Notes: a model not told the origin generated them from the sequence alone. 64,000 nt of DNA from Marsupella aquatica (GCA_973895155.1 OZ316894.1:10216379-10280378); one strand, 5' to 3'. Shown: positions 1-13,924, counted from the stretch's first letter. Translations and numbers: made by a program.

Positions 1-140
1 CATGCCTTCCGTTGCAGCTTTCCGGAATTCCGGTCCTGGATTTCCACCTAAAGTTGCAGGAAAGTTACGGGTTAAATGTTGAGTCCGTAGGCTTCCCTTA
101 TGGTAGCTGAAGATTGCCTCCCATAACTTTTAGGGGAGTG
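1..140. repeat. Dispersed repeat fragment, homologous to ~58252-58392
   Basis: Shares ordered blocks (cctaaagttgc.ggaaagtta.gggttaa, ggtagc..aagat.g.ctcccataactttta.gggagt) with 58252-58392; probable TE remnant. Confidence 0.65.
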
Positions 141-498
141 CTGGTAACCCTGGACTTATGGGGGTGGCTTATCTTGTTAGAGCCAGGCTTTGAGAGGCCC
201 AATTGGAAAAGAAAGGAGAGTAGACAAATGTAAGCCTACCATGGCATCTCTCAATCAGGTGCAAAGGAGGTAGATGAAGAACCAGAGACGATTACGAAGA
301 CCTTGGAAGGTGCTTTGAGTGCTTCTTTCGTTCTCGTCTACAGTACTGTATCCTTGCTCCCAGTTCCCTACATCGTTCCATCAGTCCTGTACCCACTACT
401 ACTGTCCCAGCCCAATTGAGACACTACTCACTCCTGATCCAAGGATCACCGTCACAGCAAGAGCTACAAATCTCTTTCTTCTTCTATCGTTCTCTCTC

Positions 499-3400
499 AT
501 GGCAAGTGCACGATCCCTCCTTGCTCTCGTTCCAGCGGCGGCAGCAGTCCCAGTAATTACTGCTTCATTATCACAGCGGCAGAGAACCGCTGCTGGGCTC
601 AGCCAAGCGCTATCATCGTCGGTTGGTTGTGGATCTGCTGCTGCAGGCGAGAAGCTCACTCTACAGCACAGAAGTAGAGGATTGCTGGGGTGCTCGGCAG
701 CATCGTCGTCGTTGTCGGGAGGAGGAGGAGGAGGAGGAGCAGGAACAGGACGAGCATCGCTGTTGTTGCTGGTGGCTTCGTCGGCTGCCAATTCAGCGAT
801 GGCTGTGGCGGAGGAGGAGAAGGAGAAGATTGTGACGGAGGTATGGTATTTAGCCGTCGTCGCGGGTGATGTTTGGTGCTCTTTCCTTGCAATTGGATTT
901 GTGTGCTCTGCCTCCTTTGTGAGTGCATGATCGAGGGACAGTGTTGTGCTTCCGCCGAATCCAATGCCGAATCCAATCAGTGTATGTTATGTTGGCCATG
1001 ACGTTATCTTTAACGTAATATTCTCGGTCCTTTGATTTGCTACAATTCTCAGTGTAATGTACAACTGATACCTCTTTTGATGGAGCTCTCTGTAATCGAT
1101 ACAAATATAGGCTTTGTCGTAGAGGATGATCAGTTTGGCAACCATTATTTTGAGACATCCCGCATGTCGGTGACTGTTGTTGACAGCGCTCCCGCTAATT
1201 TGGGTCCCCGTCAGCTCAGCATTGACAGAGCGTAGCCCATGTCCCAGTACTCTGGTTCCTGACAACTTCTGGAGCTGAATTGTTCAAACGGGAATAGGAG
1301 AACACTGATTCAGTAGTTTGGGTTTCCCGCGACGGTAGATGATGACCCAATTCGAGTTTCGGAATTTTACCTATCCTGTTCGTTTCTGTTGCCAGTCAGA
1401 CTTCAGGTCGTTTGGCTCGAGCTTGTGCTGACCTCTCATGTAATCCTAATCAGAAAAAATTCAGCACATTCGAGTTTGTTGTGAATTGTCACCATGAAGG
1501 TTTCGTCGGATGGCCGTTTTCCTTGTGCTGCACCTCCCACCGCGGCTCGCTTTCTCGAACAACGGCAAGAATGGTTCATGATTATTTTGTATCTTGAACG
1601 TGAAGAACAACAGGTCCTTGATACCTATAGATTGGGAAACTACTATACTTATGGATAGAGTGGCTTATTGATGTTTCTGTGATGCAGAGTAATGGATCAA
1701 CAGTTCCTGATCTTCTGGTGAGTATATTGAAAGTTATTTGTCGGCTAATTAAGAGATGCTATGTTGTTCAGCTATTATATGCAGAGTTCACTAGGCCAAG
1801 TGGCAGTCTCTGCATTTGACATTTGACTATCGTCTGTGAATCTGCTGACAATTATAGTTGTATTAAGAATTCCCAGACGCCATTTAGGAACATTCGTGAA
1901 GATAAATAGGAATAGCTGTTCAAGTTTATCGATTCGTTTCGTTCTGAATATATGTCTTGACGGTCTGGATTGGTCGTGGTCGACAGACAGAGTTCATGGT
2001 GAAAATGAGCTGCGAGGGATGTGTCAAGTCCGTGCGAACCAAGTTGGAACCGCTTGAAGGTGTGTCGTTTTGTTTTCACAACAAAGCTTTGATGTTGATG
2101 GTGTTTTTTTGCGAAGGAAAGTTTCACGAAGCACTTGTTTGAGACACTCAATTTGCTAGGAACATCGGTGCACAGTCTGTCGTTGGGACAGTACGTCACA
2201 GGCAATACTGAAAGACAAAATTCAATTAAATTTTAGGGTAGTCTGAGTCATAAATGCTTAAAATGTTTATGATCACATCAATTTTCTACGCCTCTGAAGA
2301 TTTGTCCTCTTACTCGTCCTGGGTTTTACTTTGTTATGACTTTAGAAGGTCACTCGCAGTGAGAGTGGATCCATTGTATTACATCATGGAGCTACTGCAA
2401 GTGTTCTTGAGCTGCAACCGACGCCCTCAATATCGAAGTGCAAACATACTGAACTTGTAGAAAAATTCTGTTTCATGTTACGGACAGGAGTAAAGTCAGT
2501 TGACATTGACCTTCAAAATCAGGTGGTAAGAATCCTTGGATCTGCACCCATAAAAGAGTTGACCTCTGCCATTGAGCAAACTGGACGAGATGCTCGACTT
2601 ATTGGGCAGGGGCTCCCATCTAGTAAGTTTCACACCTCTACGTCGTCCATTTGAGATTGTAAAGTCGGCGCTTCCTCCATAAGTTTAAATGGCCAATTAT
2701 ACGTAAAAGAAAGCTAGGTGGATTTAGATTTCATGAATCCATGGACTTGTGGTTAGAAACTACTCGCTTTTGGTGTTGTGGATCTTGATGAATATCCCAA
2801 TAGATGTATGCCTTGGTTTATATTTGTTTTCTTCTAAGGGTTGTTCTTGATTGTACTTTTAAAATAGTGCTCTCCTGATCTGGGCTACTTAGCGTCTTCA
2901 GTGTTGTCTGATTGTTCTAAGTGTCTCACCAAGTTATTTGTTTTCTGACAAAGTTCGGCTGATTAAGCTAGCCTAACCTGGTGTCCTGTGGTCAGATTTT
3001 GCCATCTCTGCAGCTGTAGCAGAGTTCAAGGGTCCTGAGATCAATGGAGTAGTACGGTTTGCTCAAGTGTCGATGGAACTGTCAAGGATTGATGCATCCT
3101 TCAGTGGGCTACCACCAGGTTCACATGCTTGGTCGATAAACACATACGGGGATTTGACTCGAGGTGCTGCTAGTACTGGTGGTGTCTTTGAATCAGAGTC
3201 TTCTAATTCTACTGGTTCCAAGGATAAGGTAGACGGCGACACGAGTTTGCTGTCCACTCATTATTAGTACTCCATCATATACGGGCCAGAGGAGGCCCTG
3301 AACTGTTGCTTACAGCAAATTTTAGTTTTGATTGAGCTCATTTGGTCGTCTCTCTCGAGTTTCCAGGAAGTATGGATGCGTTCAGTGGTTTGGAGTTTTC

Positions 3401-3713
3401 ATTGTACTAGTAGTCTGAATAGCTGACCCTTGTGTTGGATGGGTTGTATGTGTAGCCCATCGGTGATTTGGGTGTACTCGATGTAAACGACGAAGGCGAT
3501 GTGGATTATTCTGGGACAAAAGTTGGCTTGCAAGTTTCCGAGTTGATCGGGAGAGCAGTTGTTCTCTATGCGAGCAATCACACATCTCAAAATGGCTTGA
3601 CCGCTGCGGTGATAGCACGAAGTGCCGGAGCTGGCGAAAACTATAAAAAATTATGCAGTTGTGATGGCACAGTAATCTGGGAGTCCAGCAATAATGATTT
3701 TGTAAAACTATAA
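499..3713 (+). CDS. CCS: Copper chaperone for Cu/Zn superoxide dismutase, with plastid transit peptide
   Basis: Exons 499-840, 1688-1717, 1987-2059, 2488-2622, 2996-3228, 3456-3713, all GT-AG and phase-consistent. HMA motif MSCEGC, SOD-like middle domain (GLPPGSHAWSINTYGDLTRG, LIGRAVVLY), C-terminal KKLCSCDGTVIWES CxC motif; Ser/Ala-rich N-terminus. Confidence 0.95.
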
Positions 3714-5623
3714 ATTTTCTTGCAAATCTTGAAGCTATTGCTTCCGTTTTGTATTGTCATTTCTGGTCAAATTGGCTCATGGACATGAATGAGTTTTATT
3801 CTTACTTCTATTATCCCTTGTGTGTTTGCGCCCTTTCATGCTCACGGTGGCAAAGTTCAATTAATTTGTGCATGATCTCGTTTGTTCCCAAAAACATTTT
3901 ATCAAAGGAGGAGTTGCTCCATGTTTTCCTTCGATATTTCGTGATGTTAGATCTGGTCATGTAAGGGCCTTGAACAGAATTTTCTAGTGTCATGGAAAAG
4001 TTGATAGTTATTCTAGGTCTGCCACTTATCCACTCACGAAGGGGCCTCTTAAATAGCTAGCTATAACGAACTTGGAAGTTCCGACCTCAGAGATTTGAGT
4101 AGTACACGTCACGACAGCTTGTCAGAGTTAGGCCTGCCATATCTCCTGAAAGTACGTGCTAGAAATGAAGAACGCAAGTTACTTTATTGTAGATTCAAAG
4201 ACTGCGACCTATCCAAGGTTGGGCCAAGGATATTGGTTACTTTGTCGACGGTTCCAGGGCATCCATTCCGGCATAATGTGAAGCACATACACTTCTCAAA
4301 CTGCTTTCCCTCTTATGGCATAGCTAAAGTATGAGGGTTTAGGGAATCCAACAATGAGGGTCCCCTCCAGTACCACCACCATGCTGGCTAGCACAAACGA
4401 GCGTACATTTGCATTCCATAAATTTTTAAAAACTGTAGTGTCTAGATCAAAACAAAAGTCTCTAGCTTAGGGCCGACTTCTAACCTAACCTATCCTGCTC
4501 CATGTACAAATGTTCTTAAGTTTACATAATTCACTACTTCGTCCAAGCTTTTAGACTGAACAATTTCCCCAGCTGCAACTTTTTATGTCTAAATATGATA
4601 TGATTTACGAGTTTGACATCACAATATTGTATCATCAGTAAAGTTTGCCCTGAACACAGCCAAGACTGCCAGAATGGGTAAAATTGATAGGCTGCAGCAA
4701 GACTGAACTATAGTTTACATAACATGTGTGCAATAATACTATGAAAGGATTGATTCACCTACTACATCAGTGACCAGGACACAGCTCGGTCCTGCTCTTC
4801 GTTATGGTTTGTGCAAAGTTACGTGGATTCAGAATGTATCAACCAGCACAACCTAGAAAAGGACGTTTTCAAGCATTCTGGTCTCTGGCAGGTTCAGCAC
4901 GCAATTCACGGCCGCACGCCACAACCAGAAGTACAAAAGCTGAGTCGGTACAACACGATAGGTTAACAACTAAGAGGCCGTGGAAAGACGTAATCGGGCC
5001 ACCATGGACCACCTCGAGTGATATGCTCTTAGCCCCTTACAGTGGTAAGAGACTTAATTACTGCACTATGTCAAGTATAACAGATACTCTAGGTCAGTTC
5101 CGATGAATAAAGTCACCTTACTCCAGAGCTGATAGTCACAACTATCTCCTTAACCAACGAATCGACAGTAAAATTCAAAAGACTATCCATATACTCCTGT
5201 AGAAACCTGTGCAACATGGATCTATAAAACATTGGTAACAAGCAACCGCACTACCGTAATCGTCAGTCGCTTTATTTCTCATATCCGAAGTGCATCCCAA
5301 CAGTCAGATAACGTTCGGTCCATTTTAAGGGGTTGCAGGATAGCTTGACAGTAGCACCTATCCTCTCTACACGCCAAAATCGAATTTTGGCTGTTTGATT
5401 CATATATCATCACATTGTTTACATGCACCTGCTGCAGAAGCAAGCAATTACAAACTACTTCTGTACAAGCAAAGTTCTCTAATTTAGAAAATACAAAAAG
5501 GTACACATTCTGTTATATCTCCTCAGCCTCATTTCAGGTGCCTGTTCTCGTTGGTTCTTAACCACGCAGACATCATGAAAGTCTCAGCAGGAATAAAGAA
5601 TTGGGGTCTCAGGTTAACACCCA

Positions 5624-8595
5624 CTACCGGCCAAACCAACCCTTTGGGGGTGCTTGAGACGAATCCCCATTCATCAGCTTATCTAACACAATATTCAGGT
5701 CCACAGACTGCCCATTTTCTGTAAGCCGGCGTACAACAGCCCTAACTTGTTCCTTCGAAAAACCCATGGCCGTCACTTTATCAATCACCTCGTCAATTGG
5801 AACCCGATTTGTGGACAGGGGGGGATTCCCAGATGGAGGACCAGAACCACCTCCGCCAGTTGGCAGGGCATGGGGCAACGGCTGTGCGACTGGTAGACGT
5901 GGGTATCCACCGCTTCCACTACTTCCACTTGGTGCTGAAGGAACTGGTTGGGCAAGCCTATACGATGAACCAGGATACCCACTCCCAGGATTCATTCCCT
6001 GTGCTTCGTAGTGAGGAGACTGAACTTGGGGAAGATATTGGGAGCCAGGCAGAGTCAATTGACCCGATCCGCCCCGTCCCATGGAAGGCTCATACATCAC
6101 ACCATTATGGGGCTGCTGTGGCTGTTGACTTGGAGGGGGAGGGGGAGGAGGCAGACCAGGCCGAGGGGGGCCATAGGAAGGATGATAACTTGGTAAATCA
6201 GAAGGATAACTTGGAGGGGGCATGGGAACATGGTGAGAACCATGATGAGGTCCCTGAGGGTGTTGGCCGTAAGAAGGATGATCTGGAGGGGGACCATAAC
6301 TTGGCATCGGAGGAGGCTGTGGAGTTGGCTGCTGCTGTTGATTGTAGGGAGGCTGCTGCTGCTGCTGCTGCTGCTGTGGCTGTGGCTGTGGCTGTGGCTG
6401 TTGAGAATAGCCAGGAGGTGGGTGTGGGGGCTGAGACTGGTGCTGGCTCTGTGGAGGATGTGCCAATTGTTGTCGTGGTGACGGTGGTAACGGTGGCTGT
6501 TGTTGATGCAGTGTCGGGTGCGAAACTTCATTCTGCAGTACACCTGGATGCTGAAGCTGCATTGGCTGCTGCAACTGCGGCTGCGGCTGCACTTGTTGCT
6601 GCTGTTGAAGAGAATGTTGTTGCTGTGGTGGCGGTGGCTGCTGTATTGTTTGCTGAGGCTGAGAATGGGGCTGTTGCGGTGGAGGGGCAGGAAGGGAAGG
6701 CATTTGTTGTAGCTGTAACTGAGGTGGTGGCTGGTAGTAAGGAGGATTTTCTGAAACCTGACGCTGAGTTGCTTCCATAAGAGCCTTCCCTGATGATGCA
6801 CGGACTAGTTGGGACGGCGACTCTGAAACTGAAGGCGATGGAGCAGGTGGAGGGGGTGCAGAGGGTGCACTATGGAGGGATGCTGATTCACCCTTGGCAG
6901 TTAATTGTAGCTTTGCAAGCTGTGACTGCGCCTCAAATATCTCTTGCCTATCGCGTAGTACCTGGACACCTCTCTGGACCTACATTCGTCACCATTCCTA
7001 CATATTAATAACCGGAGCAGTTCTGAATGTGTGACCATGAGCATGACATTGCTCAGACTCATATTTTGACAAGAGCCCATTCAGTTCATCTACTAGGTCA
7101 ACTCGCAATAAGATCATTAACTTGACAGTCCAAACGAAAATGCTATGTCTTCGTGGCATAATGCAAGGTAAAAAGCGTGAAAATGGAAATAAGTTATTCG
7201 CTTACCTCCAGTAGGTGACTTTCGAGTGATCTGAACTTTCCGTCAACTTCCCCGTGAGTGTCTCCAATCACATTCTTTATTTCTTCGAATAAATGCTCGA
7301 GACGTTGAGTACTAGACTCTAACTGAGAGAGACGTCCAGTCATACCCTCCAACACACGCAGTAAATTGTCGGCGTACTTTTTCATTGTTCGTTCCACCGC
7401 AGCAGCAGTCGCTGAGTCAAAAGACTCTTTCTCATGTTCCTGTGGCCTTGAAACGGGAGTTTCATACGTTGGAGGGGGCTCACGTGACCGGCGAACCTGT
7501 AAGAAAATATCAGCAATACTCAGTTCACAACCTAGGTATTGCAAGTAAGTTCGAAGACTTATGACAGGAACACGTTTCGTCGAGACAGATCTCATCCAGT
7601 GCATAAGATGCCAGTCAACCTCGTACAGAATATACGACCGAATCATGCATTGAATCACGCAGTCATTGAAGAGAAGCTACTGTGAGACAAGACAGGAAAC
7701 CGAAAATACGCTTGATCTGCCAAGTCCACCAACAAAATCCGACCTCCGTGAGATCACGGGCGGGCCTTAAATTCCAAACCCTAAATTTTGAAGTTCTTTT
7801 CTACTTATTCGTGGAACAGGGTTCGACTCAAAGTCTGCAACGGGAGGTTTCACGAATTCCCGATGGCAGACAGCATATTCATTCATATGAAAAGAGACAT
7901 ATTCACACTGCATGCACCCAGAGACTAGAAGAAGGGAAACGCCAAGACGCCTCACAAAGGTATGAAATGCATGCACATTCTTACCACTATTTCCAATTCA
8001 TATGCAGATAGTGCACATTCGAAAATGTCAACACCGCGAATTAGCAAGGACAAACCAAAGTTCGGGAACTCCTAACCAGAACAGTCGGCGTCTATGACCA
8101 CGCAATTCGAAATGCTTCAATTGGAGCGAGGATTAACTGAACAAAGCAATTAGACAAAGCAATTATCGAAGAGAGAGACTGCACCTGATGAATAGCGTCT
8201 CCTGTGGGCTTCATGCCACACACAGAGAGCCCAGAATCGACAGAGTGAGAGAACGAGACACATACCATAGGTTCGTACGAAGTGTACGAAGACGGAGGCG
8301 ATCCTTGACGCCCTTCCTCGATCCTGACCGCTGTGGACGACGAACCACCGGTGGCGGTGGAAGAAGACGACGCCGGCGTGGTCCGAATTGGCTGGAAGTC
8401 GAAGCTCGGCAACACGTCATCTCCCCCGAAATTGAAATCCGTGGAATTCTCCATCTTCGTAGGAGCGTTGTAAGCCGAGGAGGAGTTGCTGTACCCCGCC
8501 TTGGGAACACTGATCGGGGCGCTCTGCTGCAGAAGATCGAAAAAGGGCTCGTCCTGGGCTCCTGGAGGATGATAATTGACACCCGAACTTTCCAT
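5624..8595 (-). CDS. FLOE1-family (DUF1421) Gln/Pro-rich prion-like protein
   Basis: Exons 8595-8266, 7496-7206, 6979-5624. DDVLPSFDFQPIR motif, coiled coil (VERTMKKYADNLLRVLEG...VQRGVQVLRDRQEIFEAQSQLAKLQL), long Q/P/S disordered tract, C-terminal UBA-like DUF1421 (IDEVIDKVTAMGFSKEQVRAVVRRLTENGQSVDLNIVLDKLMNG). Confidence 0.9.
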
Positions 8596-9019
8596 CGAAG
8601 GCCGAGCCACACTCTCACAGAGAAGGAGAGAGAGAGAAACAGATAAAAAGCAAATTCACAAGCAATCAATCGACACTCGCACCGACTACCTCCTCAAAAA
8701 CCGAGATATATCTCTCTTCCCAGGAAGCCAGTAGAATCCTTTCAACCTGGCTCAGAACCCTCCTCTTTCTGGAAACACAACACCCACAAGATGTTCTCAA
8801 TTCCGTTCTCCCAACACTCGACCACTCACAAGAATTCCGTCCATCAATCAATCCCGAGCTACTCCACCACGCTCACCCTGACCCAGACACAAACCCCAAC
8901 CGGAATCCAATACTTTCCAACCATCACCTAGGTGCCGTGTCGCACAAACTACGAACCCCTCTCCGCTGCGAACCGCATCCAGCAAGCACAATTAACATAC
9001 GTATGCACAAGACTCCTTT

Positions 9020-9052
9020 CTCCTCTCCTCTCCTCTCCTCTCCTCTCCTCTC
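9020..9052. repeat. (CCTCT)n microsatellite
   Basis: Direct reading: tcctctcctctcctctcctctcctctcctc. Confidence 0.85.
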
Positions 9053-9544
9053 ACACCCTACTCTATCTACTCTCGTCAGGGCTGGCTCTCGTTGGCTCTC
9101 GTTCAGGCTCTACCTCCGAATACACGAGAAACAGAACAGGCGGCAGCGACATCCGCACCCGACTCCATCTTCTTTCTCTTTCTCTCTCGCTCACAAACAC
9201 AAGCAACCAAAAACACCCACCCTTCTTCTTTCTTCTTCTCCTTCGTCCCAAATCAAAGTCCCATCCGTCTTCCTTTCCTTCTGGGTCGATTCAGTTTATC
9301 CCAGGCCAGCAAGCAATTAGGAATGTAGACCGACTACAGCAGTACATTGGCCAACAAGCGACCAAGAAAAAGATCCTCCTCACCCGACTCGCAACCCCAA
9401 GGGCAAAGAGCAAGAGCAACTACAGTGCTGTACGTCTACAAATCACACTGTTCAGTGGTGCGCCGATGCGGCTTTTGCTTCGTTAGCAAGACAAGGCAAC
9501 GGCAGACTTTACGTCGACACTGCCTCCACATTACTGTGCCTCGC

Positions 9545-9635
9545 CAACTCAACCCAACCCAACCCAACCCAACCCAAGTACCCAACCCAAGTACCCAACC
9601 CAACCCAACCCAACCCAACCCAACCCAACCCAACC
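9545..9635. repeat. (CCAAC)n microsatellite, upstream of or in the 5' leader of the FLOE-like gene
   Basis: Direct reading of repeated aaccc units with two aagta interruptions. Confidence 0.85.
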
Positions 9636-10419
9636 AGAGACAGCCGACGAAAAGGCTACAGTTGAGGTGGAGAATTGAGACCGTCACCCATCCTCTTGGC
9701 TCTTGCTAACTCATCACACCAGGGTCATCTTTAATTAGTTTGAGTACCATTAGTTATGTAAGCTTGTTTTAGTGAACAATGTGGAGTCATGAAAAGTTGC
9801 ACATTTTGGAATAGATAGATGAGAGTACAATGATTAAATGGAGTATTCTAGATGAAGATGATGATAAATAATCATTGAAAACAAATAGGAATACATTCAT
9901 GGGGAATACATTCATGGTAATGCCCAGGGTATTTCTCTTTCCCTTGGTATCTCTATATCTATACAATACATGTAACATTCCATATAGTTCATGCAAGATA
10001 TTATTTTGTCCATAGTAGTTGAGAGGTCTTTGAGTCTCTAGGTATTCCTTTACCCATATATAGTAGTTATGGTGTTTAGTTTGCTTGTTACTACTCTATC
10101 CATAGTAGCCAAAATGTTTCTTAAGTTACATTGGCAAATGTTAGAGAATTTGAAAAGTTTGTTGGGTTTCTTATATTACCTTGGTAAATGTTAGAGTAGT
10201 TGAATAACTTCTTTCTACTTGTCATTATTCTAAAAATGTGGAAAATAAATAGAAAATTGAAACAAATTGAGTTGTAATATATCAATCACAACTCATCTAA
10301 AGCTTATTTTCTTTCACCTGTGAGTATTTCACCATTTTCTTTGTTTACTTGAAATGTTTTTCAGTTTTCCATGGTTGTTATTGTCATTAAGAGGGTTTAC
10401 CTGCCTTGCGTTCACCACA

Positions 10420-10541
10420 ATTAGTCAAATTTGGTTCTTTCTTGCATAACTAACAACTCTTGTTTGTGACAAATCATGTTGATGTGGATGCACTTGCATC
10501 CAGGAATTTTGGGAGGAACTTCCCATGGGGGTCCATAATTA
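10420..10541 (-). mobile_element. Terminal fragment of a recurring TIR-type element family (TTACGGACCCCCAT end)
   Basis: gatgtgg...caggaattt...atgggggtccataat matches 41740-41800 and the reverse complement of 24884-24990. Confidence 0.5.
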
Positions 10542-12201
10542 AACCGCCATTGGCTATCAAGTTCCGGGAGAACAAATGAGTGGAATGCTATACTTTTTGA
10601 GAACATTTTGGCCTTATTTTAGTACCCTGGATCCACCAGGTTTGGCATAGGGGCTAGTGGCGGTTTAAAGGGTAATAATTAAGGGTTTTTTAATCTGAGG
10701 TTTACTACTTTGCCCAGGACTTTGCCACTCTTGTTTGACTGATTGATTACCTATGTTGCCCCTCATTTTGTCCAAGTATTACAGTACATTGCAACATTTT
10801 CCTACAGCTGGTTGAGCAAAGTAGCCCTGTTGTTTTGGAATGGTCCCATGGTTAATAGCAGCGGAAGAGTTCATCACCATCCTCAAGTTAAACCTTGACC
10901 CCTTCTCTCACCCTCAATCATGTGTATGGGGCCAGTAACGAGGACGGGGGGAGAATTGAAGGAGAAACATAAGATTCCCAATGCAATGTGGAGGATTGGA
11001 AAGGGTGCTGTGGTTAGGGTAGAGGGAATGGACAATCATCCAATGGTGAAACCTGGGCAGATGTTGGCAGTCAAATTGTTTCAAGGTATGTAACCATAGT
11101 TGTAGTCAACCAGCAGTGGGAAAACATTCAAATGTAGTAAATTAAACTAGAAAAGTGGCAATTCCATACATTTAGAAAACAAATGTGAGAATGTAGTTTA
11201 TCTCAGTTTTTCTAGTTAACCAGGTGCATGTTAGTGTGAAGGAGGAGATATTGGGTAGATTTTACATTTCAATTTTCTAGATTTGTCTTTTGCATTTAGA
11301 TCTCCTAGATTTAAGGAGAGCTGTTGATTGTTGCTAATAGACCCTGTGGCTTGGTGGGAGACTTGCTAATGTGACCCCAAAACCTTGGCCACTTGTTCCA
11401 AGTGGCAAAACCTGTAACAAAGACCCTGCACAGAACCTTTATTTTGGTGTTTGAGTTAAAAGTAATAGTAAAAACTTGATCTCTTTAGCTTTTACTCCAT
11501 CCTACTTTGTTTGGCGGTTTACAATATAGTTATGCTTGTCTTCACTTTTCTAGAATACTTTTCGAGGCACCATGTGACTACCGTATGTTTATGCTGTCGT
11601 TTGTCTTAGCGATTTCTGAAGCACCATATTACTTATTAGTCTTTTATCTTGTGTGGGTTGTATATACAGCTTTTCGAAAGTCACTTGTGGGCCCTATTCT
11701 GTATGAGTTTCTTCATTTTCACTACCTCCATTTTTTCTATGCTTAGGACTACCCCAACCGTACCTGCAGGGCATGGCATCCAAGTTTAACGGTTTTGGAG
11801 GTTGCCCTGGCGGCATGGGTGGGAGTGTACATTCTAATAAGACCTAACCATATATGGGATAGAGAGGACAACTACAGTACATATGTGCCTTGATGACACC
11901 ATTGCTAGGGATTTATATAGTGCCAAACCTTGTTACTGTAGCCCACAGCTATATCAGGTCATAGAGCAGCAACAGCAGCTCATCAGTTTGCCGATAGTTA
12001 AGGTTTAAGTGTACATGTCTCTGGTTTTTCTTGTGTTGGGCCCCAGTCTCACTGGTTTTTTGGTCGTTTCTTTTGTTCTCCCTTGATTGGGTTTTTGGCC
12101 TGAGAGATCATGTCTCCCGGTGAGGCGCCTTTTGTTTTTGGCAGTTGGAAATATATAGCTCATCGCAAGGAAGAGGCTTGTGCAACTGGGAAATTTATTT
12201 G

Positions 12202-12679
12202 TATACTAAGAACATTTTGTGATCCCATCCGAGTTTAAAGGTTTTGGATGGAGATACTATCCGAGCTTGTGAGTCAAATATGCTGGTTTCAAGAATCCCT
12301 TTCCTAGCAATCCCTCGCTTGAAAATACCTATCACGGGTGGGATACATGGAAACACACATTTTAACTAAGAGACATAAATTTAGAGTAAAAGATGTTCAA
12401 GTTTCATACAAAATGCATCTTGAGATCCCATGCAAGTTCAAAGGTTTGCATAGATCCCATCGAATCCTACAAGTCCCCACACATATAAACACTTGTACCA
12501 AAAGTAACTGTTGTCAAAGTAAAAAGTGCTAAGCTAAAGCTTGGAGGAGATTCCCATCCTATTTGTAATGCCCAGGTAGGATATTTAAGGGATCTGTATC
12601 CTAGAATACTTAAGGGATCTGTATCCTAAATATCTTTTACTCTAAATGCCCAGGTAGGATACAAAATGTTCTTAGTATA
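12202..12679. mobile_element. MITE-like element (Tc1/mariner-like, TA-flanked)
   Basis: Perfect 19-bp inverted termini tatactaagaacattttgt (12202-12220) / acaaaatgttcttagtata (12661-12679); non-coding interior with gatcccat repeats. Confidence 0.55.
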
Positions 12680-12924
12680 TATTTTATCTATGATGACATC
12701 AATTAGAGTAAAATTGCATAGGTTTTCCTATCAATGGCATTATGGGATCCCATCAGAGTTCAAAATTTTGGATGGAGATTCCATCTAAGCTTGAAGCATC
12801 TGCAACCCTTACTTGAATGCCTTATGCTAAGTGGGTGTTGATTGAATCCAACTCAAGCTCAAGTATTCTGGTTAGTAACCTCTGTGGCTAACCAACTACG
12901 AGGTTACTAACCAGATTAACGAAG

Positions 12925-13235
12925 GTTACATTTCTACCGATTGGCTTTTCCAAAAACTTGCAAGAAAAAATGAAATGCAAGTATTTTGATAAAACACGGA
13001 TATATCATTGACCAAACATCCAATTGGTTACTTTGTTTTTACCTTTTTGCTTAAAAATTTTAATTCCAATTTTTTCTGTTTTTACAATTATGTGATTCAA
13101 CGGATTTGCCTTGTCTCGCATCAAACACAAACATTTGTGTTTCTTTTGTTGAAAACATCATTGTTTGTGTTTGTGATCAAATGTGATGACCTGGCTGCAC
13201 GTGGTGTCAGGAAATTGGAAAGAACTTCCCATAGA
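12925..13235 (-). mobile_element. Degenerate copy of the same TIR-family subterminal region
   Basis: Reverse complement of 12927-13043 aligns with 25098-25216 (gatatatc..tgtttta..tcaaaat.cttg, tagaaatgta); ends caggaaatt...gaacttcccat like 10500-10526. Confidence 0.55.
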
Positions 13236-13924
13236 TATTACAAAGAGAAAACTAATTCATGAGCTCAATGACATTAAGTTTGTAGGTTGCTCTTTATTGG
13301 GAGAAACTATTGGAAGAGAATAGGACAGACAGCAAAATGCAATGGGTAGAGAGAATACACTCCAGATGAGTCTATGTTTGACTTGATATTGGAGAGAAAT
13401 CTTTGCTCACAACTCATTGCAACTTATAGTACATATCACATTGCCAAAGAACAAAAGCACAGGGAGAGAGGATGTGAAAAGGCAAGGGACCTAATAAAGA
13501 GAGGAAAGTACTCCCTCAAGTAAATGCCAACAGCTTTCATTTACTCCCTCCCCTCCTTTACTTGACGCAATTTCACTCAACAACCTTTGTGATTTTATTT
13601 ATTATATCACACTACCAAAAAGACAGTTATAACAAACTGGAAGACAGGATCCCAAAGACAAAAGAACCCAATAAAGGGAGGGAAAAGAAAAGACCCAAAG
13701 AAGACCAAAGAGACCCAACAAATCAAGCAATATTCCACAAAAACAAAAAAGCCACTAAGAAGCAAACAAGAAACTAAACTCTACTGGGCCATAGGTTTAG
13801 TTTGGGTTATGCTAGACAACCCTAGATGTCATGGGAGCTTTGTCGGAGTCATGGTCACTTACAGCTAATAACCCAACAAAAATGGGTACATGGGAACACT
13901 GGTTTGAGACGCCCTTTTATAATA

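Noticed and set aside
319-498. ORF-track extension of CCS to a GTG start at 319
   Set aside because: Eukaryotic gene; the first ATG at 499 begins a plausible transit peptide, and the upstream part is 5' UTR.
5797-6801. Long alternative ORFs (327 aa on +, 234 aa on -) overlapping the FLOE-like exon
   Set aside because: Shadow frames of the low-complexity CAG/CCA-rich coding sequence; no independent motifs.
8932-9709. ORFs of 120-184 aa upstream of the FLOE-like gene
   Set aside because: Produced by CT and CCAAC microsatellite, UTR-like sequence; no domain features.
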